A stretch of DNA of 64,000 nt from an uncultured Cardiobacteriales bacterium. GTDB lineage: Bacteria; Pseudomonadota; Gammaproteobacteria; CAYWWW01. The notes under the pieces were generated by a model. It saw nothing but the letters and a program-made list of their open reading frames with translations, did not search any database and had not been told where the DNA came from. The translations under genes were made by a program, and so were the position numbers. Shown here in pieces: positions 40,455-49,826 of the stretch (position 1 is its first letter; each line of letters begins with the position of its first letter). The stretch is from NCBI GenBank assembly GCA_964462205.1, contig CAYWWW010000007.1, forward strand, positions 28,149 to 92,148, given 5' to 3'.

Positions 40455-41980
40455 GCGAAACTTTTCATTACAGCAACAATATCAGCTACCTGCGGCACAC
40501 CCAAATGTGCGCCCATCGGCAGACTGAGCACGCTGCTTGCCAGGTCACAGGCGATAGGCAGTTGATTGTTTGCTAGGTTAAGACTTGCATAGGCTTTTTG
40601 TTGATGCGGTGCAATGGGATAGTGAATCAAGGTGCCAATGCCTGCTTCTTTTAAGCGCTGTTGCAGTTCATCACGATTTTTACTGCGTACCACATAAAGA
40701 TGCCACACCGCTTCGACCCAGTCAGGGACATCAGGCAAGACTAAGCCGCTGTTTTTTAGCCCTTCGCTATAGGCGGCGGCAAGGGCACGACGGTGTGCAT
40801 TGGCGGCATCAAGGTGCTTGAGTTTGACCCGTAAGACTGCCGCCTGAATCGGATCAAGGCGAGCGTTCATGCCAAGTTCTTCATTGACATATTTTTGTTT
40901 TGAACCGTAGTTGCGCAATACGCGGATACGATCAGCTAGATCAGCATGATTGGTGGTAATCGCCCCAGCATCACCAATCGCCCCTAAATTTTTTCCCGGA
41001 TAAAAACTCCAGCACACCACATCACCATGCCCGCCTAGGCGTTGGCCTTTGTAACGCGCACCATGCGCCTGCGCCGCGTCTTCAACTACAAAAAGACCAT
41101 GGCCATGGGCAATGGCAAGAATCGGATCAAGATCAGCCGGTTGTCCATAAAGATGCACAGGCAGAATGGCGCGGGTATTGGCCGTGATGGCCGCTTCAAT
41201 TTTCAAAGGATCAATGTTGTAGGTGGTTGGATTGGGTTCAACGGCTACAGGCTTTGCCCCCACTGCGGAAACCGCCAACCACGTGGCGATATAAGTGTTT
41301 GAAGGTACGATGACCTCATCCCCAGTGCCAATGTCCAGTGCTTTAAGCGCCAAGATCAAAGCATCCAGTCCATTGGCCACACCAACAGCGTAGTTGGCTT
41401 GACAATACTCTGCCCATTCTTTTTCAAAGGCTTCGACTTCCGCGCCTAAAATATACCAGCCTGAGTTCACTACCCGATCAAAACCCTCTTCAAAACCACT
41501 ATGGTAGGGTTGGTTAATGGCTTTTAAGTCGAGGAAAGGAATTGGTTCGGCAGAAGCGAATGGTTCGGGCAAGGCCAAAAACGCTTCGATGGAAATCGTC
41601 CATGGCGAACGTGCCAAAAAGTCTTGATCACGGGTGATGATTTTAGCGTCAATGCTTTTGGCCGAGGCTTCAATGAGATAATCCTCTATATCAAGCTGAA
41701 AAAGCGAGTGGGTTCTGTCTAAATAGGAAGGCGTCTTAGCGAATGAAAATAAGTTTAAAAATAAAGACCATTCTTGTTGAATATCTTGAATTTTTCGACT
41801 TTTCTTAGCTTCACGAAAGAAGATAAAACGAATGTTGTGTAGCTGCGATGTGGACAAAAAAAGCGTGGCGTAGGTTCTTAATTTTTTGTATAGCAAATAG
41901 ATATTAGGCGAGACATCCGTTCTATCCAGCAAAATATCCAGCGCAATATTGACATCAATAATAAAGCGCTTATTTTCCAT
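40451..41980 (-). CDS. PIN domain fused to a DegT/DnrJ/EryC1/StrS (FdtB/QdtB-like) sugar aminotransferase
   Basis: N-terminus IIDVNIALD...DIED...ITRDQDF (PIN); from IPFLDLKAIN onward: NGLDAL, EDAAQAHG, SFYPGKNLGAIGDAG (PLP lysine); start placed at MENKR. Confidence 0.9.
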   Translation of the reverse strand: MENKRFIIDVNIALDILLDRTDVSPNIYLLYKKLRTYATLFLSTSQLHNIRFIFFREAKKSRKIQDIQQEWSLFLNLFSFAKTPSYLDRTHSLFQLDIEDYLIEASAKSIDAKIITRDQDFLARSPWTISIEAFLALPEPFASAEPIPFLDLKAINQPYHSGFEEGFDRVVNSGWYILGAEVEAFEKEWAEYCQANYAVGVANGLDALILALKALDIGTGDEVIVPSNTYIATWLAVSAVGAKPVAVEPNPTTYNIDPLKIEAAITANTRAILPVHLYGQPADLDPILAIAHGHGLFVVEDAAQAHGARYKGQRLGGHGDVVCWSFYPGKNLGAIGDAGAITTNHADLADRIRVLRNYGSKQKYVNEELGMNARLDPIQAAVLRVKLKHLDAANAHRRALAAAYSEGLKNSGLVLPDVPDWVEAVWHLYVVRSKNRDELQQRLKEAGIGTLIHYPIAPHQQKAYASLNLANNQLPIACDLASSVLSLPMGAHLGVPQVADIVAVMKSFA

Positions 41981-42263
41981 ATTTTTCCTGAAGGGCTTCA
42001 GCCAGCAATTCATCATCCGATTTGCAAGATAGGTGATGATAATCAGGCGGCAAATGCGTGAGTTTAAGCGTCAAATATGGATCACCGCCCAATGCTTCAT
42101 TGAGTTCATGAAGTTGTTGAACCGTGCTTTTTTTTAGCTTTGATTTTAATTGCGCTGCCGTTTGCGTATCCACTTCAACGATAAAACCCTCCAGATCAAT
42201 ATCCAGATGCTCCAAAGCCGGAATAACAAACTGTCCATTTTTCTTAATGACGTGTAGCTTCAT
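41970..42263 (-). CDS. Putative antitoxin partner of the PIN domain
   Basis: 97 aa; stop overlaps the PIN-fusion start; beta-rich N-terminus; C-terminal LQEKY like other PIN-associated antitoxins (from recall). Confidence 0.6.
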   Translation of the reverse strand: MKLHVIKKNGQFVIPALEHLDIDLEGFIVEVDTQTAAQLKSKLKKSTVQQLHELNEALGGDPYLTLKLTHLPPDYHHLSCKSDDELLAEALQEKYGK

Positions 42264-42292
42264 TTTTATTTATCTAACGAATGTGTATTTGC

Positions 42293-42736
42293 TTAAAAAT
42301 TTGAAGTGCTGTTTTGTTCTCGCGCTGCACACAAAAACGCTGCATAATCACGATAATAGTCTGCTTCATCATAACGCTGCGATGCTAACACCATACATAC
42401 CGCGCCTTGGCTGAAGCTGTCCATCTCGCGCCAGATCAAACGACTGATGTACAAACCCTTGCGTGGATCACGCAGCCAGTACTCAGATTTTTGATAACCA
42501 TCATCAATTTCTATGCGAAAACTCCCTGATAAGGCAAAGACCACTTGTTCCAGCGCTTTGTGCGCATGTCCACCGCGCTCGGAATCCACGGGGACATTGT
42601 AGAGATAGTAAACCCGCGCTATTTGGAACGGGATATGCTTGCCGCCTTCGATAAAAGTCAGATCGCCGCGTGGGTCATGAATTTGCGGGAGTTGGATTTC
42701 GCGGATAATACCATTATCTAAATTTATTTTATTCAT
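42293..42736 (-). CDS. dTDP-4-keto-6-deoxyhexose 3,4-ketoisomerase (FdtA/QdtA cupin)
   Basis: DPRGDL, RVYYLYNVP, RGGHAHK, VCMVLAS..YDEADY.RDY. Confidence 0.93.
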   Translation of the reverse strand: MNKINLDNGIIREIQLPQIHDPRGDLTFIEGGKHIPFQIARVYYLYNVPVDSERGGHAHKALEQVVFALSGSFRIEIDDGYQKSEYWLRDPRKGLYISRLIWREMDSFSQGAVCMVLASQRYDEADYYRDYAAFLCAAREQNSTSNF

Positions 42737-43902
42737 AATCCAAGTTTTATAGCTGACAAAGGATGATAGCTTTTCAAATCATTCCCGAAAAAATCTATTT
42801 GTTCGGGATCAGCGTGATACTCAAGCAAGACTTTTACTACCTCTTCTGGTTTCTTCCCCGAGAGTGCATACATGAGCGGGGTAGTGCCGTTGCTATTAGT
42901 GCAATTCGGATCAGCCCCAGCATTAAGCAGGAGACGACAGAGTGCTGTGTTGCCTGCATAGGCAGCTTTGATAAGAGGTGTCCATCCGTTTTTGTCTTTA
43001 ACGTTAATTAAACTTGTATCCATCCTGTAGCTGGAGTCATCTGCAGTTAGCGTAAACCAGTCCCAAACGCAGGATCGAGTGAGACGAAGCTTATAGTCAA
43101 TAGTTGAAAGTGTGATGCACTCTGAATCCTGTTCAAGTACCGTACCAGGTTTTTCACGACTGATTTCTGGGAGAATTTCCCATCCACCCACATCAAGTCC
43201 TTTAACGACAGGGGTTTGGTACTCACGGAAGGAAAATGCGCGGAGCTGGCTGATTATTCCCTCAGCAGTATTTTTTAGGTCTATGGTAATCTTATTATAG
43301 TTGATGGAAGATTTTGAAAAATAAGTTGAACCTTTGGCAGACTGGGGTGTGCTTTCGGGCGGCTTATTAGCTGTAATTTTTTCAAAATAATCACAAAAAA
43401 GCCTTAGTCCATAGTCCATATAAGCGAAGTAGAGGTCGCGGGCAGTCCAAGTCGCGGGCAGATCGAAAGAAATTTGCGCAATGATAGCCCCGGTATCGAT
43501 GCCAGCATCGATTTTGTGTAAGGTTACACCACTATGGGCTGCGCCATGTAAAATCGGAAGCGCTGAAGTGTACATCCCCTTATATGCCGGAAGCCGTGAA
43601 AAATGAATATTGTAGAGTCTATCAGTTCTGAAGGTGCTTGGTTTTATAATCAGGTCATACTCTAACGAGATAAAAATCAGATCTTCAATTTTTTGTGCTG
43701 TTTCAAGTGTTACCACTTCAACATTGAACGCATTTGCAAAGCGGATAAGCGAAGGTTGCCAGTTGGAGGTGCCACTGTCAGTTCGGTTTGGACAAACAAT
43801 GAGTCTGTTCTTCCAGCCGTGCTTAACCATATGCAGGAGTGCGCCAACTGCGATTTCGTTTTTGCCAGCAAGACAAATTTTTTTGGAATCCAACTTCATC
43901 AT
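42733..43902 (-). CDS. Sugar N-formyltransferase with C-terminal ankyrin repeats (QdtF-like architecture)
   Basis: NIHFSRLPAYKG, GVTLHKIDAGIDTG; ankyrin GWTPLIKAA..G and GTTPLMYA. Confidence 0.88.
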   Translation of the reverse strand: MMKLDSKKICLAGKNEIAVGALLHMVKHGWKNRLIVCPNRTDSGTSNWQPSLIRFANAFNVEVVTLETAQKIEDLIFISLEYDLIIKPSTFRTDRLYNIHFSRLPAYKGMYTSALPILHGAAHSGVTLHKIDAGIDTGAIIAQISFDLPATWTARDLYFAYMDYGLRLFCDYFEKITANKPPESTPQSAKGSTYFSKSSINYNKITIDLKNTAEGIISQLRAFSFREYQTPVVKGLDVGGWEILPEISREKPGTVLEQDSECITLSTIDYKLRLTRSCVWDWFTLTADDSSYRMDTSLINVKDKNGWTPLIKAAYAGNTALCRLLLNAGADPNCTNSNGTTPLMYALSGKKPEEVVKVLLEYHADPEQIDFFGNDLKSYHPLSAIKLGL

Positions 43903-43973
43903 AATTTTAAGTTTTCTCCTAAAAGTTATCTCAAGGTAAATAAAATAAAAATCTATTTTTCAATGCGTTAGTT

Positions 43974-45149
43974 TTAACTTAATTTTGTCGTCACATTTTC
44001 CAAAAGCACTTTCAGTTTTTCGCTAAACACCGGCCAAGCAAAATTGGCAGCGAAATCACGCATTTTTTTCTTATCTAAAGAATTTTCTGCGAGTTGTAGC
44101 ACGGCTTTGGCAAAGGCTTGATTGTTTTGTGGTTCTATAAGATAGCCGCTAATGCCATCGGCAACGGCATCGCTCACGCCGCCTGCGCGATAGGCGACGG
44201 TAGGCAAGCCATGTGCTGCTGCTTCAATCGCTACCATGCCAAACCCTTCGTTGTCTCCTGGTCGTGCTTGGATGGGAAAAATATGCACATCCGCAGCGAA
44301 ATAGGCTTGCGTAATTTCTGGATCATCATGTGCGCGTTTTCCAAGAAATATTATTTTGTTTTCCAAATGCTTTTCTTTAATAACTTGCTGTATTTCAGTT
44401 AAAATCTCCCCTGTTTTTACTAACGCTTGCTTTGGCGCCTCACCAATAACTAGCAAACGTGCGTTTGACAAGTTAGCTAAAACTTCTGGAAAGACATCAC
44501 GGATAAAAGGAAGAAGGCCCTTACGTTGGGTAATTCGACCGATATAAAGCAAAATGAAAGCATCCCCCAAGCCATAATTTTCCCGAAAAAGCGACCGTTG
44601 CGCCGCATAATCTTTGATACTTGGTAAGTCTGTTCCAGGAGGTAATAAAGCAATTTTTGTTTTGGGTACTCCGGCTTGCCGCGCTAGGCTATAGGTAAAT
44701 TGGCTATTGACAATGACTAAACTGCATCTGCGAACAAAAGGCAGAAAAAAGAGACGATAAAAAAAGTTTTTGCTTTCAATATCAAGGCCATGTAAATAAA
44801 CTACGCTTTTCGCTCTGAAAAGTTGCGCCGATAGCCAGGTGATAGGTGCCACCAAGCCATTTCCGGCAAAAATAATTGCTGGACGGCTTTCATGTGCTTT
44901 TTTCATCGCTTGCCAAAAGAGCTGCCATAAAAATAAATAAAGCGGCGATTCTTTGATTTCATTCATGATAATTTCTGAAGGCGCTTCTTTGGCGGATCCT
45001 CTAGGACCAATAGCCGTGATTTCATAATCATCCTGCAAAACTGCCAGGGTCTGCCAAAGCAAGCGTTCCATCCCGCCAACTAAAGGTGGTAAATTACGGG
45101 AAAGAAATAACAATTTTTTCTTTTTCTCATTTTTTATCAATGTCTTCAT
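43974..45149 (-). CDS. Glycosyltransferase, GT4 family
   Basis: PPLVGGME, GRITQRKG, EGFGMVAIEAAAHG. Confidence 0.9.
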   Translation of the reverse strand: MKTLIKNEKKKKLLFLSRNLPPLVGGMERLLWQTLAVLQDDYEITAIGPRGSAKEAPSEIIMNEIKESPLYLFLWQLFWQAMKKAHESRPAIIFAGNGLVAPITWLSAQLFRAKSVVYLHGLDIESKNFFYRLFFLPFVRRCSLVIVNSQFTYSLARQAGVPKTKIALLPPGTDLPSIKDYAAQRSLFRENYGLGDAFILLYIGRITQRKGLLPFIRDVFPEVLANLSNARLLVIGEAPKQALVKTGEILTEIQQVIKEKHLENKIIFLGKRAHDDPEITQAYFAADVHIFPIQARPGDNEGFGMVAIEAAAHGLPTVAYRAGGVSDAVADGISGYLIEPQNNQAFAKAVLQLAENSLDKKKMRDFAANFAWPVFSEKLKVLLENVTTKLS

Positions 45150-45183
45150 AAATACCATTCCCCAGTTCTTCCAGGGCAAAAAG

Positions 45184-46062
45184 CTACTCTCTTGCCGCTT
45201 TTTTCCCCTGCGCCAACATATACATCATCTGCGTTAATTGTTCGGAAATCAGTCCGATTAAGAAAATGATCACCGCGCTGGTCAATAAAAACAGCGTTGC
45301 CAATGACAAACGCCCCTCGCTTAAAAAAGTAAAGGCGTAATAGCCAAGCCCCAACAGCAGATGCAGCAGCGCCACCGGACCAAATAGCTTCATTGGCGCG
45401 TAGAGCGTAGCGATTTTGAAAATAATCAACAAAAAACGCATCCCGTCTTTAAGCGGACGAATATGGCTTTTGCCGAGGCGCTTATGCACGGTAATGCCTT
45501 GATAACCCACTGCATAGCCACTTCTAAAAAACGCCATGGTAATGGTGGTAGGATAGGAAAAGCCATTGGGCAACAGCGAGAGAAATTCCAAAAACTTCTC
45601 CCGATAGACGACGCGAAAGCCGGAGGTTAAATCCAAAATTTTCTGCTCGGTCATCCAACTGGCCAAGCGGTTGTACAAGCCATTGGCCAACAAGCGTCCC
45701 ATGCCAGCCTGATCACTTTGCTGCAAACGCGCCCCGACCACCATGGCATAGCCTTCGCTTAATTTGGCCAACAGCGTCGGAATATCCGCCGGATCATGCT
45801 GACCGTCGCTGTCCATAAACACCAAAATCTCGCCTTTGGCCGCCCGCGCACCGGCTTTGATCGCCGCACCGTTGCCCAAAGATTGCGGATGCTTGATGAC
45901 GGTAATACCTAAATCTCCAGCAATTTGGCTGCTGTCATCACTTGAGCCATCGTTGACCAAAATAATTTCCGCCGCCGGTTGGGCGGCTTGGAGTTTGGGC
46001 AGCAGGCTTTTGAGGCTTTCGCCTTCGTTTTTACAGGGCAGAATAATTGAGAGGGTCGTCAT
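45184..46062 (-). CDS. GT2 glycosyltransferase with two C-terminal TMs (polyprenol-phosphate glycosyltransferase-like)
   Basis: VNDGSSD, FMDSDGQHDP, DLTSGFR. Confidence 0.88.
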   Translation of the reverse strand: MTTLSIILPCKNEGESLKSLLPKLQAAQPAAEIILVNDGSSDDSSQIAGDLGITVIKHPQSLGNGAAIKAGARAAKGEILVFMDSDGQHDPADIPTLLAKLSEGYAMVVGARLQQSDQAGMGRLLANGLYNRLASWMTEQKILDLTSGFRVVYREKFLEFLSLLPNGFSYPTTITMAFFRSGYAVGYQGITVHKRLGKSHIRPLKDGMRFLLIIFKIATLYAPMKLFGPVALLHLLLGLGYYAFTFLSEGRLSLATLFLLTSAVIIFLIGLISEQLTQMMYMLAQGKKAARE

Positions 46063-47930
46063 TTTTCTTGTAATTCCTGCAGGCGTTGTTCAATCAAACG
46101 CGCCGTGGCCGGCTTTTTGAAGCGCAAGGCTTGCGCAAAGGTGGTTTGTGCTTCGTTGAGTTTTTCTATCGCCAAGTCATACAAACCGGCTGATGCTAAA
46201 ACATCCACCATGTGCAAGATAATGTTGATGTTTTTATCTTTTTTATAAGCTGCTTCCAGATGCAACATGGTGTTTTCTAAGTCACGCAGCGCGATATAGG
46301 CGCGGGCGGCGAGAAAGTCTGGATTGCCCCGGTACATAGCCGCGCCTTTTTGCTGCGATAAGGCTTCCATCAGCTTGATGTAATCAGGCCAAGCCATAGC
46401 ACAACTGCCCACGGCAATCGTCTCATACAAGCCTTTGCTGCTATTGGTGGCGAAATTTTCAAAAGACAAGGCGGCCAAGGTTTTTTGCCACTGTGCCAAG
46501 GCGTCTGGCGTTAAAGTACCGCGTCGGCATTGCTGTTGAATCACCAGCAAAATCACCCCACTGCTTGCCGGTGCCGCTTGATAGGCACGCTCCAGATAAT
46601 AGTCTTGCTGGTCTTCGTCACCGATAAGGCGCATGACGTTATAGGCTTCTAGTTGGGCGCGATAAGAGTGCGGATTTTCGGCTGCCCACACCACTGCCAA
46701 TTTGATAGGAGCGCCCCAGAGCTTGGCCTGTTCAGCGGTGATCCAGGCGCTATAAAGCAGCAGAGCGGCAAAAGCGATCCATACCAATTCCTTGACTTTA
46801 TTACGCAGATGCAAGACCGCATAAGCCAGCGCGACTAAAGGTGCCAACAGTGGCAAATAATTGCGATGCCAAAAGGCAAACTCCAAGCCGGTAATGGCAA
46901 AGGTTTCCAACAGATGGCCGGCGACAAACCAAGCGATGGCAAAACTCAACACCCAATAGCGACTACGGCGCAGCCAAAAAGCCAAGCCAAGCAAACTGAC
47001 CCAACCGAAAGCCGCCAAAACCGTCAGCGGTTGCCAAAAGGAACTGACCACCGCGTAATGGCTATAAATACCCCAACCGGCAACGGGCGGTAAGAGAATT
47101 TTCCGCAGATAATCAAAAGCAATACCCAGTTGACTATAAAAACGCTCGGCAGGGCTGAAGTCCCGAAACGGCAAGCCGCTGCTGAACGTCCCATAGGCCA
47201 GATAGCCAAGATAGCCAAGCAACAACAACGCCGGCACATAGAGAAAAAACCCGGCCCAACGGCCAAAACAAGGCGGCGGTATGTGCGCGTTTGGCCGCAA
47301 CCAAAAAAACTCGATGACCAATAGATAAAAAATCAGTAATACGCCGTTTTCTTTGCTAAAAATGGCCAGCAGTCCAAAAATGCTCACAGCAAGACTCATC
47401 AAGCCAAATCCTACCCAAGGTTTCCGATGCGCCAGGCTGCGGCCATAGAGGTAGCCGATCATCCCCGCCAGGCTAAAAAGTGCCGCCAGTTCGGTCATGC
47501 GTTGGACGACGTAAAGCGTTGTGCTAATTTGCATCGGGTGCAGCAACCACCAGGCGGCAACGATCAGGCTCAGGCTAAAGCGATAGCTTTGCTGTTTAAG
47601 CAACAACCACAGCAGCCAAAAAATCAGCACGCCATTGAGCAGGTGCAAAAGCAGATTGGTGTATTTGAAGGAAAAAACCGAGGCAGGCGGCCAGTTGTTG
47701 TCGTTAATTAAAAAGCTCGCCATGCTGATGGGGCGACCGGTCGGGCCGGAAGTATTGCCCAGCACATATTCCCAGAAAGTTTGCGCATTGGTGATGCCAC
47801 CGCTATCGCCTAAGGCTGCTAAATTACCATTGTCATCAAAATACAGCCCGCCATCTAAACCCGGCGCATAGAGAAAAAAAGCTAAAAATAACAGGCCAAT
47901 AAACAAACTAAAACGCAGCAGAACCAGCAT
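46059..47930 (-). CDS. TfpW/TMTC-like GT-C membrane glycosyltransferase with TPR-like tail (putative pilin glycosylation enzyme)
   Basis: First-loop FDD, GRP, TNLLLHLLNG, LHP, VQRM, SKE, HRNYLP; directly downstream of the pilin genes. Confidence 0.7.
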   Translation of the reverse strand: MLVLLRFSLFIGLLFLAFFLYAPGLDGGLYFDDNGNLAALGDSGGITNAQTFWEYVLGNTSGPTGRPISMASFLINDNNWPPASVFSFKYTNLLLHLLNGVLIFWLLWLLLKQQSYRFSLSLIVAAWWLLHPMQISTTLYVVQRMTELAALFSLAGMIGYLYGRSLAHRKPWVGFGLMSLAVSIFGLLAIFSKENGVLLIFYLLVIEFFWLRPNAHIPPPCFGRWAGFFLYVPALLLLGYLGYLAYGTFSSGLPFRDFSPAERFYSQLGIAFDYLRKILLPPVAGWGIYSHYAVVSSFWQPLTVLAAFGWVSLLGLAFWLRRSRYWVLSFAIAWFVAGHLLETFAITGLEFAFWHRNYLPLLAPLVALAYAVLHLRNKVKELVWIAFAALLLYSAWITAEQAKLWGAPIKLAVVWAAENPHSYRAQLEAYNVMRLIGDEDQQDYYLERAYQAAPASSGVILLVIQQQCRRGTLTPDALAQWQKTLAALSFENFATNSSKGLYETIAVGSCAMAWPDYIKLMEALSQQKGAAMYRGNPDFLAARAYIALRDLENTMLHLEAAYKKDKNINIILHMVDVLASAGLYDLAIEKLNEAQTTFAQALRFKKPATARLIEQRLQELQEK

Positions 47931-47952
47931 AGTAATCTATTAAAAAGAAAAG

Positions 47953-47987
47953 AAAAAACCGCGCCCAGCGCGCCTGCTAGGCGCAGG
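47953..47987 (-). terminator. Intrinsic terminator after the second pilin
   Basis: On the minus strand GCGCCTAGC...GCTGGGCGC followed by GGTTTTTT. Confidence 0.65.
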
Positions 47988-47998
47988 CCAACCATCAT

Positions 47999-48418
47999 TC
48001 ATGGCCGACAGTTGCTTGGCCGATATTTGTTTAGCACACTGCCACCAGTGCAATCCCAAGCAATACCACCACCGGTCGGCGTGGCCTTCAAGGTCAAGGT
48101 ATTGTTGGCCGGATCCACATTGGCTTTATAAGCAATGGTGATCACACTTTCATTGACGGTGACACTGTCCACCGAGCCGGAAATAATAGCGGTAGGTGCC
48201 GCCAAGCCAGCCTCGGCATTGCTTGTCGGCCATTTGCCTTGCAAGGCATAAAAATCCCACAGACCAGCTTTGGCACCCGAGGCCAAGCTCAGGCCATCGG
48301 CGACGCGACTGCGCTTGGTGTAGTCCTGATAGGCCGGTATCGCCACCGCCGCCAAAATACCGATGATCGCCACCACAATCATCAATTCAATCAAGGTAAA
48401 GCCTTGGCTGTTGTTCAT
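47999..48418 (-). CDS. pilA: Type IVa pilin (second copy)
   Basis: QG|[27 protein letters not shown]; C-terminal disulfide loop. Confidence 0.92.
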   Translation of the reverse strand: MNNSQGFTLIELMIVVAIIGILAAVAIPAYQDYTKRSRVADGLSLASGAKAGLWDFYALQGKWPTSNAEAGLAAPTAIISGSVDSVTVNESVITIAYKANVDPANNTLTLKATPTGGGIAWDCTGGSVLNKYRPSNCRP

Positions 48419-48440
48419 GCTATCTCCTGACAATTTAGGC

Positions 48441-48467
48441 AAAAAAAAGGAGGGCAACGCCCCCCTT
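48441..48467 (-). terminator. Intrinsic terminator between the two pilins
   Basis: Minus strand AAGGGGGGC-GTT-GCCCTCC-TTTTTTTT. Confidence 0.75.
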
Positions 48468-48503
48468 ATGCTTTAGACCAAGCCGTCTCAGGCAAACTGC
48501 AAC

Positions 48504-48914
48504 TTAACGACAGTTCGATGGACGATATTTGGCTTCAACAGTACCGCCTTTGCAGTCCCATTCAACAGATCCATCTGTGTCTGCACCTTGCAATGCAAGA
48601 GTTTTACCAGCAGTGCCTACTTTGACGTTGTAGGTGATGGTGATTAAAGATTCGTTAACAACAACACCAGTTACCGCATTACCAGTGATGGTAGCGGACA
48701 AACCAGCCGCTGCGTTGTCAGCAGGCCAGGTGCCGTTGGAAGAATAAAATTCAGTCACAGAAGTTTTGGCACCGGCAGCCAAGCTCAAGCCTTCAGAAAC
48801 GTGGGCACGACGGGTGTAGTCTTGATACGCAGGAATCGCGATAGCAGCCAAAATACCGATAATCGCAACCACGATCATCAGTTCGATTAAAGTAAAACCT
48901 TTCACATTACGCAT
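48504..48914 (-). CDS. pilA: Type IVa major pilin
   Basis: KG|[27 protein letters not shown]; GGAG RBS; C-terminal WDC...NCR. Confidence 0.95.
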   Translation of the reverse strand: MRNVKGFTLIELMIVVAIIGILAAIAIPAYQDYTRRAHVSEGLSLAAGAKTSVTEFYSSNGTWPADNAAAGLSATITGNAVTGVVVNESLITITYNVKVGTAGKTLALQGADTDGSVEWDCKGGTVEAKYRPSNCR

Positions 48915-48972
48915 GGAAGTCTCCAAAAAAATTATTAAAAGTGGAAAGAGGCTGGCGCCCCATAAGCTACAA

Positions 48973-48989
48973 AGCAAAGGCCGTGCCAA
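48973..48989 (-). promoter_or_regulatory. Sigma-54 (-24/-12) promoter of pilA
   Basis: TTGGCACGGCCTTTGCT matches the TGGCAC-N5-TTGC consensus. Confidence 0.9.
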
Positions 48990-49151
48990 GTTTTTTTTGT
49001 GGCTTGCTCTGCCGGCGGCTAGCGCTTGGCAATGAATGGCAAATGAATGCCTTGGCGATTTTTGCTGGCTTTGCAAAAAAATGGCTGTGGTAATAAAAAA
49101 ACAGCTTGCGGCGTTTTTGCTGCGCTGTCTGGGCAGCCAACTGTAAGAACT

Positions 49152-49205
49152 TGACAAAAGTTATGGTCGTTTTTGGTTTTTTGGTGACAGCTTTGGTCGT
49201 TTTTT
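49152..49205. promoter_or_regulatory. Candidate enhancer-binding protein (PilR-type) sites
   Basis: Two imperfect direct repeats TGACA...TGGTCGTTTTT, about 160-215 bp upstream of the sigma-54 promoter. Confidence 0.4.
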
Positions 49206-49374
49206 ATAAACTTTCTAAAAAATTTTCTAAGCGGTTTTTTCAAAAGAATTTTTCTAAAAAATTGCTCAGGTCATGAAAGAACTTCCCTTGCCGAATTTTA
49301 GGCATTGCGAAATAATCGCCGCCGGTAAATATCAAGTTTCTCATCATTTTATTTATACCCTATAAGGATTATCC

Positions 49375-49821
49375 GTGGCCTGTAATGGATGTGAGTTTAT
49401 TCCCGAACTCTATTACGACGCCGAATTTCAAATCTGGATTCGCGTCGAGAGTGATGGCCTGTTGACCGTCGGCATGACCGATCTGTCGCAAACAATTGCC
49501 GGTAAAATCCTGCACTTGCGCGTGCGTAAACCCGGCACCCGCCGCCCGCCTGGCAAACCGGTCGCCACTATTGAAAGCGGCAAATGGGCCGGACCTATCC
49601 CCAATTTTATTGACTGCGAAATTGTTGCCGCTAATGGCGAAGCCTTGGAAAATCCGGTGCTTCTGAATAGCGACCCCTACAACGCTTGGGTGGCGCAAGT
49701 CAAAAGTGTGCTGCCAGTCGAAGAAGCCTTGGAAAATTTTTTAACCGGCGAAGCCGCGCAGCAAGGCTATTGTGAGCGGGCACGCCGCGAGGATATTCAA
49801 TGTCAACGCATGATGAGCTAA
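49375..49821 (+). CDS. lbpA1: Lipoate-binding protein (GcvH-like)
   Basis: TIESGKWAG lipoyl-lysine motif; N- and C-terminal cysteines; no gcvP/gcvT nearby. Confidence 0.85.
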   Translation: MACNGCEFIPELYYDAEFQIWIRVESDGLLTVGMTDLSQTIAGKILHLRVRKPGTRRPPGKPVATIESGKWAGPIPNFIDCEIVAANGEALENPVLLNSDPYNAWVAQVKSVLPVEEALENFLTGEAAQQGYCERARREDIQCQRMMS

Positions 49822-49826
49822 ACACA

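Noticed and set aside
48915-49157. Long N-terminal extension of pilin given in the ORF track
   Set aside because: It spans the sigma-54 promoter; the real start is the ATG at 48914 with an RBS and a short prepilin leader
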